64,000 nucleotides of DNA, from positions 6,185,281 to 6,249,280 of the forward strand of contig OZ242354.1 of the NCBI GenBank assembly GCA_965208765.1, read 5' to 3'. Positions within the stretch are counted from its first letter, which is position 1. The number at the start of each line of letters is the position of its first letter. This stretch comes from Candidatus Poribacteria bacterium. GTDB taxonomy: Bacteria; Poribacteria; WGA-4E; JAJDTR01. A program made the translations under genes and the position numbers. Positions 1-10,113 of the stretch are shown piece by piece. Below the pieces are notes generated by a model, which was given only the letters and a program-made list of their open reading frames with translations, searched no databases and was not told the origin of the DNA.

Positions 1-229
1 TTAGAAATACTTCTTCACGGCTGTTATGTGTATTCATCCAGGCACCAACTACCCGTTCGCTGTCTCCGCCCCCATAGGCGTGAGCCGTATCTATCGCATT
101 TCCGCCCACCTCGAAGAAAGCATCCAATAGCTCTTCGCCTGTCATCTCCTTGTGCGGAGAGAATATCAAAGTCCCGAGCACGATTCGCGAAATTGGTTTT
201 GCTACACCCGGAATAGTTAATCGTTCCAT
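1..229 (-). CDS. aldo/keto reductase, N-terminal part (continues past window start)
   Basis: ATG at 229..227 on the minus strand. Translation MERLTIPGVAKPISRIVLGT...AIDTAHAYGGGDSERVVGAWM is a typical AKR N-terminus. No stop occurs before the window edge. Confidence 0.6.
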   Translation of the reverse strand, partial: MERLTIPGVAKPISRIVLGTLIFSPHKEMTGEELLDAFFEVGGNAIDTAHAYGGGDSERVVGAWMNTHNSREEVFL

Positions 230-307
230 TGTTATCCCTTTGACGTCATTTCGTTTTCTTTAGTTGCCATCATCTCGGAGAAAATTCATAAAGATTCTTG
301 ACTGAAT

Positions 308-691
308 CTAGGACACAGGTCTCACAGCGGGAGCACCGTGTTGTTCACACCAGTCCGCAAGCGGGCTTTCACCCCCGCCCGGACGGTGTTCCGGTGATTG
401 AGTCCGGTAGTCCATCGGCATCACCCAGCGGTAACCGTATCCAATCATAATGCCTTTCCGAATCCGTGTGGTCAGATTCGCCGCGCCCGCGTGCCACGTT
501 CGATTTTCAAAGAGCAAGCAATCACCCGGTTTAAGACAAGGCTCGACGAAATTGATCGGATCGGTTTGACGTTCCGGTATCTCAATCCGTTCATCAAGAT
601 GATTGCTGCCGGGCGCGACCAGCGTGGCGCCGGAGTTTGGCTCGCTGAGATCAGTCAGGTAGTATCCGCATGTGTGCAGTGGATTTGTCAA
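308..691 (-). pseudogene. phytanoyl-CoA dioxygenase (PhyH) family, C-terminal fragment only
   Basis: The 127-aa ORF begins at the first His motif (VAPGSNHLDE) and contains TWHAG. About 120 aa of the usual N-terminal half are absent. The 5' end runs straight into a 270-bp repeat block. Confidence 0.5.
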
Positions 692-935
692 TCCACTGCG
701 AGCAGATTCAGTCGATTTAGCTTATATTACCGGTTGGCGACGTACCTACAAGAGGGGCGGGCTAGAAGCCTGATGGATCTCTATCGCCTTGGCATCTACT
801 ATGGGATTTGCTATCGCGGTCGCTATCAAGATTCCTATCGCACTCACTATTCGTTCGTTTGATCTTCCTTGATCCCTCCCTATCCGGTCAATCTATTCGC
901 TCAGTTGATCCTACGGGAACGGATAGCAACTTGCG
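662..935. repeat. copy A of a direct repeat (hairpin GCAGTGGATT-tgtca-AATCCACTGC followed by family-2 REP-like units)
   Basis: Near-identical to 1075..1313. It contains ggatctctatcgc...tcgtttgatc units of the family seen across the window. Confidence 0.7.
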
Positions 936-1074
936 TTAATTATATCATAGAAAACTCGAAATGAACCTACGTATTTATGTAGCCCAAGTTGCTACCTATT
1001 GTTAATAGTTGAACTTGAATTTTTCCAAATGTTAGATTGCGGCCCTGTTCGGCTTGGACAGACACATCCAAGTC

Positions 1075-1313
1075 GTATCCGCATGTGTGCAGTGGATTTG
1101 TCAATTCACTGCGAGCAGATTCAGGCAATTTAGTTTACATTGCCCCGGTTTGCGACGTATCCTATAAGAGAGTCGGGCTAGAATCCTGGTGGATCTCTAT
1201 CGCCGTGGGATCTACTATGGGATCTCTACCGCCTTCGCTGTCCGCTCAGTTGCTCCCTCCCTATCCGGTCGGTTGATCCTACGGTAATGAGTAGCAACTT
1301 GGGTTATGTATTA
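1075..1313. repeat. copy B of the same direct repeat
   Basis: tatccgcatgtgtgcagtggatttgtcaattcactgcgagcagattcag...ggttgatcctacgg aligns to copy A with a few substitutions and one internal deletion. Confidence 0.7.
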
Positions 1314-1543
1314 TTGTCCAATCACGGATTCCGGAATACGTTAAATAACATAGATTGAGAAAGGATTTGAAACTCGAAGAGGCTTGTTAGGCGCGTACCA
1401 CATAGTCTAAGCGAATTTTCTGTTGACAAGTTATGAGTCTAAGAGTAGAACGTATTCGGTACGATTTTAATGATGTGATCAAGGATTGTGAATCGATTAC
1501 CTTCAGATTCTAATACTGCAGACTGCAGAGGAGGAGGTCGTCT

Positions 1544-2056
1544 ATGAGGATTCTAGTTTTATTCTGTGTAATAGTGACAGGTTTAATTTTGTTGCCATAC
1601 GCGATTGGCGTGGCGCAGGATGAGGAGGAACCAAACGCACTGTTACGAGAGGACTTTGAAGTTCGGTCGTTTGAAGCTAAGCCGGAGAGAAACTGGGCAA
1701 AGCTGCAATCCGACTCGATTGCGCTCGTAGACGACATGTGGGTATTCCTTGCCGGCACCTTTGACTGACAAGACCAAAAAATATACGTCAACGCTAAGCT
1801 CGATGGTACACTGGTTAATCCTGTTGGCTACGCCAACAATGATCTTATGCTACGGATTGGATGGGATCCTCACGCCCAAGAAAGACACTTTGTCGGTGTG
1901 ATCGACGAAGTCGCTATCTATGACCGGGCGTTAACGCCGAATGAAAACGAGCAGAATATGAACGCCTCTCTCGGAATCACTTCTGTGGACCTTGCTGGCA
2001 AACTCAGTTCCACATGGGGGCCAGAACTTGGCGCGGAAATCTGGCGTACAATGTGA
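1544..2056 (+). pseudogene. secreted LamG/concanavalin-A-like lectin domain protein with an in-frame TGA at 1766..1768
   Basis: GGAGGAGG RBS precedes ATG 1544, followed by a signal peptide MRILVLFCVIVTGLILLPYAIGVAQ. After the TGA the same frame continues QDQKIYVNAKLDGTLV...VIDEVAIYDRALTPNE (LamG signature) to a TGA at 2054. Confidence 0.55.
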
Positions 2057-2102
2057 TTGAGAGATTGCTCAAACAACCGGCAGGCACAGACGGTGCTTCC
2101 CT

Positions 2103-2412
2103 GATGTCAACTGCTTTCGGTTTTATCTTCGTTCTGGGAGGTACCGCCCTGCGATTGCGGTTTCTCTGGTGGCCGCTACACCCGATTGCATATCCGCTGG
2201 CGGGGTATCAATTTTTCGCGCACCTGTGGTTCCCCTTTTTGGTGAGTTGGTTAATCAAGGCACCGCTCCTCAAGTACGGAGGAATCAGGGCGTATCGAAA
2301 GGCTCTCCCACTGTTTCTCGGACTCATATTGGGAGACTTTGTTCTGGGAACCATGTGGGGAATCATGGGGTTGCTGACAGGTGAACCCACGTATACATTC
2401 AAAAATTGGTGA
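2103..2412 (+). CDS. hypothetical small membrane protein (possibly a remnant of a larger gene)
   Basis: Hydrophobic ORF MSTAFGFIFVLGG...WFPFLVSWLIKAPLL...LILGDFVLGTMWGIMGLL. No RBS or family could be recognised. It overlaps the end of the LamG ORF. Confidence 0.3.
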
Positions 2413-3179
2413 TAAGAAATATGATAGAAATAGATCTTTCCGATAGAATTGCAGTGATTACAGGTGGTTCGGGGGCTTTGGGTCGCGTGATGGTCAGAAC
2501 CCTTGCCCAAGCTGGCGCGGATATTGCCATCTGCTATCATCAAGATGAAGTCATGGCGATGCGCTTGTTGGATGAAATTCAAGATTTGGGCGTACAAGGG
2601 ATGATTGTACAGGCGGATGTCACTGATGCAGATTCAATTCTCAGTATGCGAGATGCCGTTACGTCCAAGCTGGGAACAGCGAACATCATCGTCAATAACG
2701 CCGTTATTCAGTACAAATGGGTTTCGGTACTGGATCAACCCGCTGAAGACTATGAAAGCCAATTCCAGTCATGCGTGCTGCACAATGTGTACATGACCAA
2801 AGCATTTGTACCCGCGATGATTGAATCAGGGTGGGGGCGCGTGATTGGGATTAACACCGAATGTGCTATGCAGAACTTTGTTACTCAGAGCGCTTACACG
2901 GCTGGAAAGCGCGGAATGGACGGTGTCTTGCGCGTGTTAGCAAAGGAAGTTGGAACACACGGCGTTACCGTCAATCAAGTCGCTCCGGGTTGGACAATTA
3001 GTGACAAAAGCGCCGCAAGTGCATCTGACCAAGGTTATAATGAAAGCGTGCCGCTTCAGCGGCGAGGCACAACTCAAGAGATTGCAAATGTTGTGCTTTT
3101 TCTCGCGTCCGACTTGGCCAGCTACATCACCGGTGCGTATATTCCAGTCTGCGGCGGCAACGTGATGCCAACGATTTGA
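2406..3179 (+). CDS. SDR family oxidoreductase (3-oxoacyl-ACP reductase-like)
   Basis: TGGSGALG Rossmann motif, NNAV, YTAGK catalytic Tyr-x3-Lys, and C-terminal PVCGG. The start may be the Met at 2421. Confidence 0.85.
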   Translation: MVIRNMIEIDLSDRIAVITGGSGALGRVMVRTLAQAGADIAICYHQDEVMAMRLLDEIQDLGVQGMIVQADVTDADSILSMRDAVTSKLGTANIIVNNAVIQYKWVSVLDQPAEDYESQFQSCVLHNVYMTKAFVPAMIESGWGRVIGINTECAMQNFVTQSAYTAGKRGMDGVLRVLAKEVGTHGVTVNQVAPGWTISDKSAASASDQGYNESVPLQRRGTTQEIANVVLFLASDLASYITGAYIPVCGGNVMPTI

Positions 3180-3970
3180 CATTCATCACTATTTTAGTGA
3201 CTTTAATTTGCGTGAGAGGCAGGCTCTTCTTTCGTATTATGACCATGACATACGTGCCCATTCTTCACGTGAAGAGATTACCTGCTCCGGATGTACGCGG
3301 CTTCGTAAGAGATGACCATTGACGCTCGTAAGCGTCGGTTGATGAGCATTCTGATAACGAAAATCGGCATTCCACCGAAGTTTGCCGGAGTGGTTCTCGC
3401 TTCCTTGATCCCCTCTCACAGGAGATGCTCTTCCTGCCTATAATCAGACACAAATAAATGCCAGACTAATTTTTCTTCTTTTTTGGACCGAACCAAACAG
3501 TTACAATTTTCCAATATGTATCGGCTAGTATCCGAATGCTAGAGCACCCTCCATTTTACCTAGACTTCATGATACTAGGAGCGTCTGAACTTGTCAACTG
3601 GATTGCTGGATCAATTTAGGGCAGTCACACCTGAGTGTGAGGTATCAAGCGACCGAATAGATCAAACGACTGGAGAAGGAATGGAATAGGGATCCCAATA
3701 CGATCGAGATTTTCCTGGTCGGGAATCGGTGGGAACTCCTCCTACCCAAAACACGTGCTCTATGAGAACCCTTAATCTGTGGAATCAGATGCGTTTCCTC
3801 TAGGTCGGACAACCTTTTGTGTTGCGAGTGATACTCTTCTATGCTAGAATTCTCATCCAAGTTTGTCGCACGATAGATTGAGACATCTGTCTGCGCGGAA
3901 GCAATTCAAACGTGATTCATCTACTGTTCTTTAGCTTAACCCTTTTGAAAACGTCAGCGATACTACGTCT

Positions 3971-4462
3971 ATGATAATCGTCTTGATGGGAGTGTCCGGA
4001 ACCGGAAAAACTACGATAGGCGACCTGTTATCTAAAGAGTTGCAGTGGGATTTCTTTGACGGGGATGACTTCCACGATCCCTCTAACGTAGAGAAGATGG
4101 CGGCGGGTATACCTCTGACAGACGAAGACAGAGAAGCATGGTTGAGTACGCTGCGCGATATCGTCATACAACTACGAAAAGAAAGAAAAAACGGGATAAT
4201 CGCATGCTCCGCTCTCAAGCAATCCTATCGGAGATACTTGATGACGCATGCTGAAGATATATCCTTGGTTCACCTCAAGGGCGATTTCGGGCAGATCAAG
4301 AAAAGACTTAATGATCGGAAGGGGCACTTCATGGGAGATTCGTTGTTGGAAAGCCAGTTCTCGACGCTGGAAGAACCTGAAGACGCCATTGAAGTGGATA
4401 TAACGCACACTCCAGCCGAAATAGTTGCCACGATTAGTAAGTGTTTAGTGGCTAGTGATTAG
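3971..4462 (+). CDS. gntK: gluconokinase
   Basis: VLMGVSGTGKTT P-loop, FDGDDFHDPSNVEKMAAGIPLTDEDREAWL, ACSALKQSYRR and HLKGDF closely follow the GntK/IdnK pattern. Confidence 0.85.
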   Translation: MIIVLMGVSGTGKTTIGDLLSKELQWDFFDGDDFHDPSNVEKMAAGIPLTDEDREAWLSTLRDIVIQLRKERKNGIIACSALKQSYRRYLMTHAEDISLVHLKGDFGQIKKRLNDRKGHFMGDSLLESQFSTLEEPEDAIEVDITHTPAEIVATISKCLVASD

Positions 4463-4695
4463 TGGATCTCTAGCGCACTCATTATTCATTCGCTTGCTGG
4501 TCAGTGAAAACCCTGAAACTGTATGAGGGACAATGAATTGCACTACTACAAACCCGAAAATGGAGTCCACACGAGGTGCGCTTAGAATATGGCAAAAAGA
4601 CCGTCTAGATTCATAGCACTTGACCTCAGGAATCAAGGAACTAAACAGTTACGCCAGTTCTATTCTAAACGACTTCCCATGAGCTAAAGGAATCG

Positions 4696-5535
4696 ATGAA
4701 GATGTACAATCCCTCCGCATTGGCATCGCTTTCATACGGATCTCACGGCACATCAATCGCCGACCAAATTGACCGCGATCAATTTGAACGTGAAGGCTAT
4801 CACGTTGTGAACAGCATCCTCTCGGAGGATGAAATCAATGAAGCCGTTGCCGTAATTGATCAGTTGCTGCCGCCGGACGCGCAACCGCCATACGTATGCG
4901 GCACCGGCGCTGAGATGAACGGCCGCAAGGCGCTTGGAGGAGGACACTGCGAGCCGCGTCTATCCAATCTGGCGGGGCATCCACGCTTGATCAAGGCTGC
5001 CGAAATGTTGTTGGGCGGTGCAGTACGAATCTGCCACACCTCATGCCCGGCGGTAACATACAAGAGCCCGCCGGGGGCTGAGCAGTTTGGAACCAGCGAT
5101 CATGTGGATTGGCCGCATACTCCTCCCGAACCGGGGGATGAGAATTACGTTAATTGTGTGTTGCACTTCAGCACCGTCGAACCTGGTGGAGGCGCCTTCA
5201 TATTACGTCCCGGCAGCCATCGCTTTGTCCGGAAGTGCCTCGCAGATCCCGAACTCCGCGAGCGCGCCCTGGCACAAGAATTCAAAGAGATGGACGGTCT
5301 GCAGGAACGAAAGGCGATGTGCGTGCCTGCAGGCAGCGCAGTGTTCTTTCACTCGTTTATGGTGCACGATCGCTCCGAGAATGTGCTCGACGTGCCGCGA
5401 AGAGTTTTATTTGCGCACTTCGTGCGGTGTGAAGTCGACGAACCGATTGAGGATCGAAGCAGCGCTTTTCACCCGGATCAGGTGCGTTCAATGGATAACC
5501 GCATGAAACACCTGTGCGGCATCCCGGCGGGATAG
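4696..5535 (+). CDS. phytanoyl-CoA dioxygenase family protein (Fe(II)/2OG oxygenase)
   Basis: AAAGGA RBS. N-terminal REGYHVV, H-x-D (SDHVDWPH) and distal His (FFHSFMVHDRSEN) are present. Confidence 0.8.
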   Translation: MKMYNPSALASLSYGSHGTSIADQIDRDQFEREGYHVVNSILSEDEINEAVAVIDQLLPPDAQPPYVCGTGAEMNGRKALGGGHCEPRLSNLAGHPRLIKAAEMLLGGAVRICHTSCPAVTYKSPPGAEQFGTSDHVDWPHTPPEPGDENYVNCVLHFSTVEPGGGAFILRPGSHRFVRKCLADPELRERALAQEFKEMDGLQERKAMCVPAGSAVFFHSFMVHDRSENVLDVPRRVLFAHFVRCEVDEPIEDRSSAFHPDQVRSMDNRMKHLCGIPAG

Positions 5536-5560
5536 AGCCCACCTCTGTCTCGTCCTACGA

Positions 5561-6418
5561 TTGAAGGAAACACCAATGAATTCAACACAACTTACTCCCC
5601 AACAATTAGCGGTTTTTGACACATTCGGGTATCTGTATTTTCCCGGACTGGTGGCTGATTGCGTCGATAGAATTATTGAGGAATTTGAAGCTGTCTGGAA
5701 CGAACACAATGGAGGGCACGCCGGCAAGCCTCACGATGGATTAAGGCGGTCGTGCATCTGTCCGTTTCCCGATTTGAGCGAATACCTCAGCACCTTCTTG
5801 GACGACCCGCGAATCCACGACATTGCCGCCAGCATCTGCGGCGAGGATTTCAACTACACGGGCGGAGACGGCAACTTTTACGTCGGCGACAGCAGTTGGC
5901 ACTCCGACGGCTACGACGGACACCGACTCATGAGCATCAAGATTGCTTTCTACCTTGACCCCCTAACCCGTGACACGGGCGCCCTGCGCGTCATACCCGG
6001 TAGCCACCGTGTTGGCGAAGGATTTGCCGATGGCATTGAGCGCGACATTCGGGATAGCGGAAAGATTTGGGGATTGAGCGGGCGAGAAGTACCCGCCGTT
6101 GCGTTAGAGACAACGCCCGGCGACATCGTGGTTTTCGACCACAACCTTAAGCACGCCGCATTTGGCGGTTCCGGACGGCGTCGGATGTACACCATGAATT
6201 TCTGCTGTCGATATCCTGAAGACCGACTTGGCGAGTTTCGGAACATGCTTGGAAGCGAAGCTAGGTTCTGGATTGACCGTATTCACGGCGAAGCGATGAT
6301 TAAGACGGCTGGACCGGAACGAATAGTGCACCTACAGCAGGTCATGGAGAGCGACACGCACCTTGCCGAATTATCCAGAGAATTGAAGGAAACGATGTCC
6401 GAACCTGCTCGCGGGTAA
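5561..6418 (+). CDS. phytanoyl-CoA dioxygenase family protein
   Basis: FGYLYFPGLV, HSDGYDGH and NLKHAAFGGSG motifs. The start is probably the ATG at 5576, preceded by GAAGGA. Confidence 0.8.
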   Translation: MKETPMNSTQLTPQQLAVFDTFGYLYFPGLVADCVDRIIEEFEAVWNEHNGGHAGKPHDGLRRSCICPFPDLSEYLSTFLDDPRIHDIAASICGEDFNYTGGDGNFYVGDSSWHSDGYDGHRLMSIKIAFYLDPLTRDTGALRVIPGSHRVGEGFADGIERDIRDSGKIWGLSGREVPAVALETTPGDIVVFDHNLKHAAFGGSGRRRMYTMNFCCRYPEDRLGEFRNMLGSEARFWIDRIHGEAMIKTAGPERIVHLQQVMESDTHLAELSRELKETMSEPARG

Positions 6419-6621
6419 GAACACAAGTGTTAAATATGCCAACAACCACACGATTGTGGGCACACCACCACGCCTGCTTCAATCAGATAATGAACAATCA
6501 TTGTTTGAAATCAATACGAGTTCGAAAACAAAATGTTACGGCAATCCGAGAAAGATTGTCGTCACGTTCCTATTCGGTTAATTGATACAGATTCTCCATT
6601 TTCGCCGCATAGCGTCTAGTC

Positions 6622-7452
6622 TTAAGAATTCTCGCTTGGAGATTCACTTGAGGCTTTCATTCGCTCAATCTCCTCTCGTAGTCGCGCCAATTCAGTTTCA
6701 GCCTTCTTTCGCGCTTCCGCTTCTCGCTCAGCGACAGATTCAGCGCGTCGCGCTTGCGCCACTGCCGCCTCCGCAGGCGTCTCCAACCACCTTTTCAAGA
6801 CCGGATTATAGAACCCGAGACGTTCTTCACGTAAACTCAGCTCAAGCCCCAAGCCTGCGGAAGGAACACTCCCGTCAGCATTGGGCGGAATGGCATCATA
6901 GTTCTTACCCGCAAGCCGAAACCCCATCAGCGGTGTAGGTAAATACCGTCCCTCTACATCACAAAGAAAGTATTCGGTGATGCCGATTTCCGCATAAAGC
7001 GCCTTCTTGCCTCGCAGATCGTTGCGATACGTCTTCTCACTTGAAAATTCTAACACGAAGTGCGGCGGGCTGCCCTCTTCCCAGATACGATAAATGCGCC
7101 GCTGTTTGCGTCCGACGCCAAACGTAACGAACACATCCGGCGAGATTGATTTTCGAGGGTTGCCCTCGACATAATACATCATCATGTATCCCGAAACGCA
7201 TACAGCGGAGTTGTCTTTGAAATGTTCTTTAAGCCTTAGCAGCGCGTCTATCAGCGCATCACGGTGAAGTTCTGTTTCTCCCATGGGTTTCCCATCCGAC
7301 GCGGGATAGACGATTTCCGATTCACCCATCGGAGCATAGGGCATTTGGGCGGAGGCGCCTCCAATAGAAAGTGAAGAGGAATCCGGTCTATCCCGCGATT
7401 GAAGTCCGTTTTTATCTACCATGATAGCATCACCCTTATGTATCACAAACAT
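6622..7452 (-). CDS. Uma2 family (DUF820) putative endonuclease with C-terminal coiled coil
   Basis: YPASDGKPMGETELHRDA, SGYMMMYY, PDVFVTFGV, HFVLEFSSEKTYRNDLRGKKALYAEIGITEYFLCD. C-terminal ARRAESVAEREAEARKKAETELARLREEIERMK. The start codon is ambiguous. Confidence 0.7.
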   Translation of the reverse strand: MFVIHKGDAIMVDKNGLQSRDRPDSSSLSIGGASAQMPYAPMGESEIVYPASDGKPMGETELHRDALIDALLRLKEHFKDNSAVCVSGYMMMYYVEGNPRKSISPDVFVTFGVGRKQRRIYRIWEEGSPPHFVLEFSSEKTYRNDLRGKKALYAEIGITEYFLCDVEGRYLPTPLMGFRLAGKNYDAIPPNADGSVPSAGLGLELSLREERLGFYNPVLKRWLETPAEAAVAQARRAESVAEREAEARKKAETELARLREEIERMKASSESPSENS

Positions 7453-7977
7453 GCCGAAATGCCGACAACTTAGGCGTAACTATATGCATCACTGTTTAGT
7501 TTATAGGGCCTTCGCAACGAATCGCCCAAAAGTTCGGGATAGGACACTCAATTACGCGTCTCCACACACACAACAACACTGGAGGCGCAATCTCCAAACC
7601 GCGATTTCTTATTTCTGCACAAGTCCTAATCTAGAAAGAATCGTGATTTTTGAAGCCCGATTTCCGCTTTTACTTTTCTTCCACCACCGAATCAAAAGCG
7701 GGATCCTCTTGCGGCTGCAGATGTTCTGCTAACCGATAGTGACCAGCCGCTAAGCCTTTTGCCTATATACTATACCAATTTCTTTCCGGATAAGTCTAGG
7801 AAAAGATTGGTCAGCAGCACATGACTATTACCTACGGCGAGAAAGATATATCTGTGTCCATAGGACAATGGAGGATAAGCGTGACAGATAGGGGGGCAGG
7901 TCAGAGACAAAAAAACCGGCCGGCTAACAAAAGGGACGCTGTCTGAGATGAACACGACCTTGAGTTAAGTCGGTCTC

Positions 7978-8769
7978 TTAGTATCCGAGTTGCCGTAGAT
8001 AATCTCGATTCACCTGCATTCGTTCCTCATCGGTTCGGTTTTCTACCTGCCCCGGGCACGCCGTAATCCAACGGTCAAAACCGATACTTTTCAATGTCTC
8101 CATGATCCCCGGAAAGTCAAGGGAGGAACCGCCGCCGATATCCACCCAGTTCACCTGATAATCGCTTCCGTCTCCACCCGAGAAACTCACATAATCTTGA
8201 AGATGGACATAAATCAACTGCTCCTTGTAGCGGCGAATCGACTCTATGGGATTGTAGCCCCAGAGCGCGGAGTGCGAGACATCGATGCACAACTTGCACT
8301 TTCTCAGCAGACTCATATACTTTGCCCAGTCTTCAATTGAATCGACCGTCGTGTTGGTATGGATGTGGTAGCAGACTTCCAGTTCGTACTGCTCGGCATA
8401 TTCCGCCCACTCCTCCGACACATCCGCCAATGCGGCGATGTGATTATAACCGGCGTCGTCATCTCTTGGTTTGCCTGCACCCATAAACATGAAACAATCG
8501 GCGCCCACCTCGGCGGCGAAATCAATTCGCCGCTTGTTGAGCTCCATCTGCGTCCAGTCCTTGTCGATTGGCAAGCCCTGCGCGGTTACCACAACAACCG
8601 GGAGACCGACGTTGTCGCAGATTCTTCTGATACGTGCCGGGGTTCCCGCCCAGTCCACGGATTGACGCATCTCCCATCCGTCCCAGCCGGCTTCCTTTAG
8701 TTGAACGAGAAGCGGTTCAAGGTCCGGCGCCTGCCAACGTAACGTACTATAACCAAATTTGAAAGCCAT
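7978..8769 (-). CDS. sugar phosphate isomerase/epimerase (xylose-isomerase-like TIM barrel)
   Basis: MAFKFGYSTLRW start, AEVGADCFMFMGAG, HIHTNTTVDS, CIDVSHSALWG and VHLQD motifs typical of the AP-endonuclease-2/TIM family. Confidence 0.8.
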   Translation of the reverse strand: MAFKFGYSTLRWQAPDLEPLLVQLKEAGWDGWEMRQSVDWAGTPARIRRICDNVGLPVVVVTAQGLPIDKDWTQMELNKRRIDFAAEVGADCFMFMGAGKPRDDDAGYNHIAALADVSEEWAEYAEQYELEVCYHIHTNTTVDSIEDWAKYMSLLRKCKLCIDVSHSALWGYNPIESIRRYKEQLIYVHLQDYVSFSGGDGSDYQVNWVDIGGGSSLDFPGIMETLKSIGFDRWITACPGQVENRTDEERMQVNRDYLRQLGY

Positions 8770-8877
8770 ATTCCATCTCCGTAAGTGTTTATTCTCGGAA
8801 CTGCCTCAATCACGCAAGGTCAATCATCGCCGAATCCCCGCCAGCGTCTGTTGCGTGATTGCGCCGACCATATCCGG

Positions 8878-9055
8878 TCAATTCATGTTCTTTGCCTGCC
8901 ACTTGAGCGCCGCGTCTAACCATTTGTCCAGTTCCCGCAACGCGCGCCGATACGCCCGCAAGGTGTTCACAGACTCGCCGGCTTTAATCAGTTCCGCTGT
9001 GTCACCACTGATAACTAGAACGTGGTCCTGCCTGATTGCCAATTCGTTTATGATT
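8878..9055 (-). pseudogene. short ORF with XerC/XerD-like N-terminal motif (copy 1), probable recombinase remnant
   Basis: Translation ...GDTAELIKAGESVNTLRAYRRALRELDKWLDAALKWQAKNMN*. It has no ATG start and is about 75% identical at DNA level to 10905..11012. Confidence 0.3.
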
Positions 9056-9131
9056 TACTACCGTTAATCCACGGTGTATAGGTTTTCGTCTTAGTCAAAA
9101 ATGCCGATTCAGCGCCTATCATCACTGAAAA

Positions 9132-10076
9132 TCAGAACGCCTCAATATGAGGTTCTAGTGCATTATTCAGTCGAATCATGGCATCAATCATGGCAACCTG
9201 TATTGCTTCCCAGTTCTCTGACTCATTCCGGTATCCGCCCAGAGCAAGACTTTTCACAATTTGACAGGCACGCCTGTTTTCACGTGGTGGTTGCCATTCA
9301 AGTGGTTCACCAAACGCTTCTTCAATCTCCCCTTTAACTTCTTCAAGTGCATGAAAAATCTCGTAGTTCTCGTTTCCGCTAAAGCTGGGGTTGCCTATTC
9401 CTCGATCAATGTACAAACTCACACTAGAGTCATTTTGCCTGATAATGTATTGGAGGTATAACCCGCTCTTCACAGTTGCCCATATCGCCCCTTCCTTGCT
9501 GGGCGAAATGTTGGCATGTAGCGACGTTCTTTCTCTAGCGCGATCTAACAACCCAGCCCAGAATTGTCGGCGCAGAGTATACCGCTCTTGTTCTTCCTTC
9601 TTTTCATCGCCAACCTGTTTACTTTCCTCGCTTGACCCAACAATCAGTGTCAGTAACGGTGCCGGCAATGACGTGTCAACCTGAACTGCTTCAAGTTTTA
9701 CGAGATAGAAGTCAGCCGAATACGTTTGATTCAGCCAGGATATTGCACCAATGTGTTCTGGTTTAGGATCGGCAACAATCCAGACACCGACTTTGGCGTC
9801 AAGTGCAGTCAAATAGGTAATCAACTTGCCGAGATGGTCATGGTTGCTCGCCTCAAGCTGATTTTCAATAACAACACGCCCCGTTTCAGTCTCTCCCAGA
9901 AGGTCTACGCTCAACCGCTCAGTCGGTTTATGCTCTCGGTCAGAGATTGAGATTGACAGGCCAATCGTATCGTTTAACACGTCAATGTTCTCCTCCAGCC
10001 ACGGAGTAAAGTCGTTTGGTTCACTGCCCCACACCTGACGTAAAGGAACTCTTTGCAAATTTCCTATTGCATTCAT
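9132..10076 (-). CDS. hypothetical protein, PD-(D/E)xK-like N-terminal domain with DUF4268-like C-terminal region
   Basis: 314 aa. GRVVIENQLEASNHDHLGKLITYLTALDAKVGVWIV resembles the E-x-Q/K nuclease core found in DUF4268-type proteins. No secretion signal. Confidence 0.55.
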   Translation of the reverse strand: MNAIGNLQRVPLRQVWGSEPNDFTPWLEENIDVLNDTIGLSISISDREHKPTERLSVDLLGETETGRVVIENQLEASNHDHLGKLITYLTALDAKVGVWIVADPKPEHIGAISWLNQTYSADFYLVKLEAVQVDTSLPAPLLTLIVGSSEESKQVGDEKKEEQERYTLRRQFWAGLLDRARERTSLHANISPSKEGAIWATVKSGLYLQYIIRQNDSSVSLYIDRGIGNPSFSGNENYEIFHALEEVKGEIEEAFGEPLEWQPPRENRRACQIVKSLALGGYRNESENWEAIQVAMIDAMIRLNNALEPHIEAF

Positions 10077-10113
10077 TGTCGAAATCTCCTTTTATTCTGT
10101 CAAAACCAACTCA

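Noticed and set aside
398-862. 154-aa + strand ORF overlapping the PhyH fragment and repeat block
   Set aside because: It is antisense to a recognisable PhyH fragment and runs through repeat DNA. It has no start context.
1766-1768. Possible selenocysteine or stop-codon recoding at the in-frame TGA of the LamG gene
   Set aside because: No SECIS-like hairpin follows immediately. Many genes in the window use TGA as a terminator. A simple nonsense mutation or base-call error is more parsimonious.
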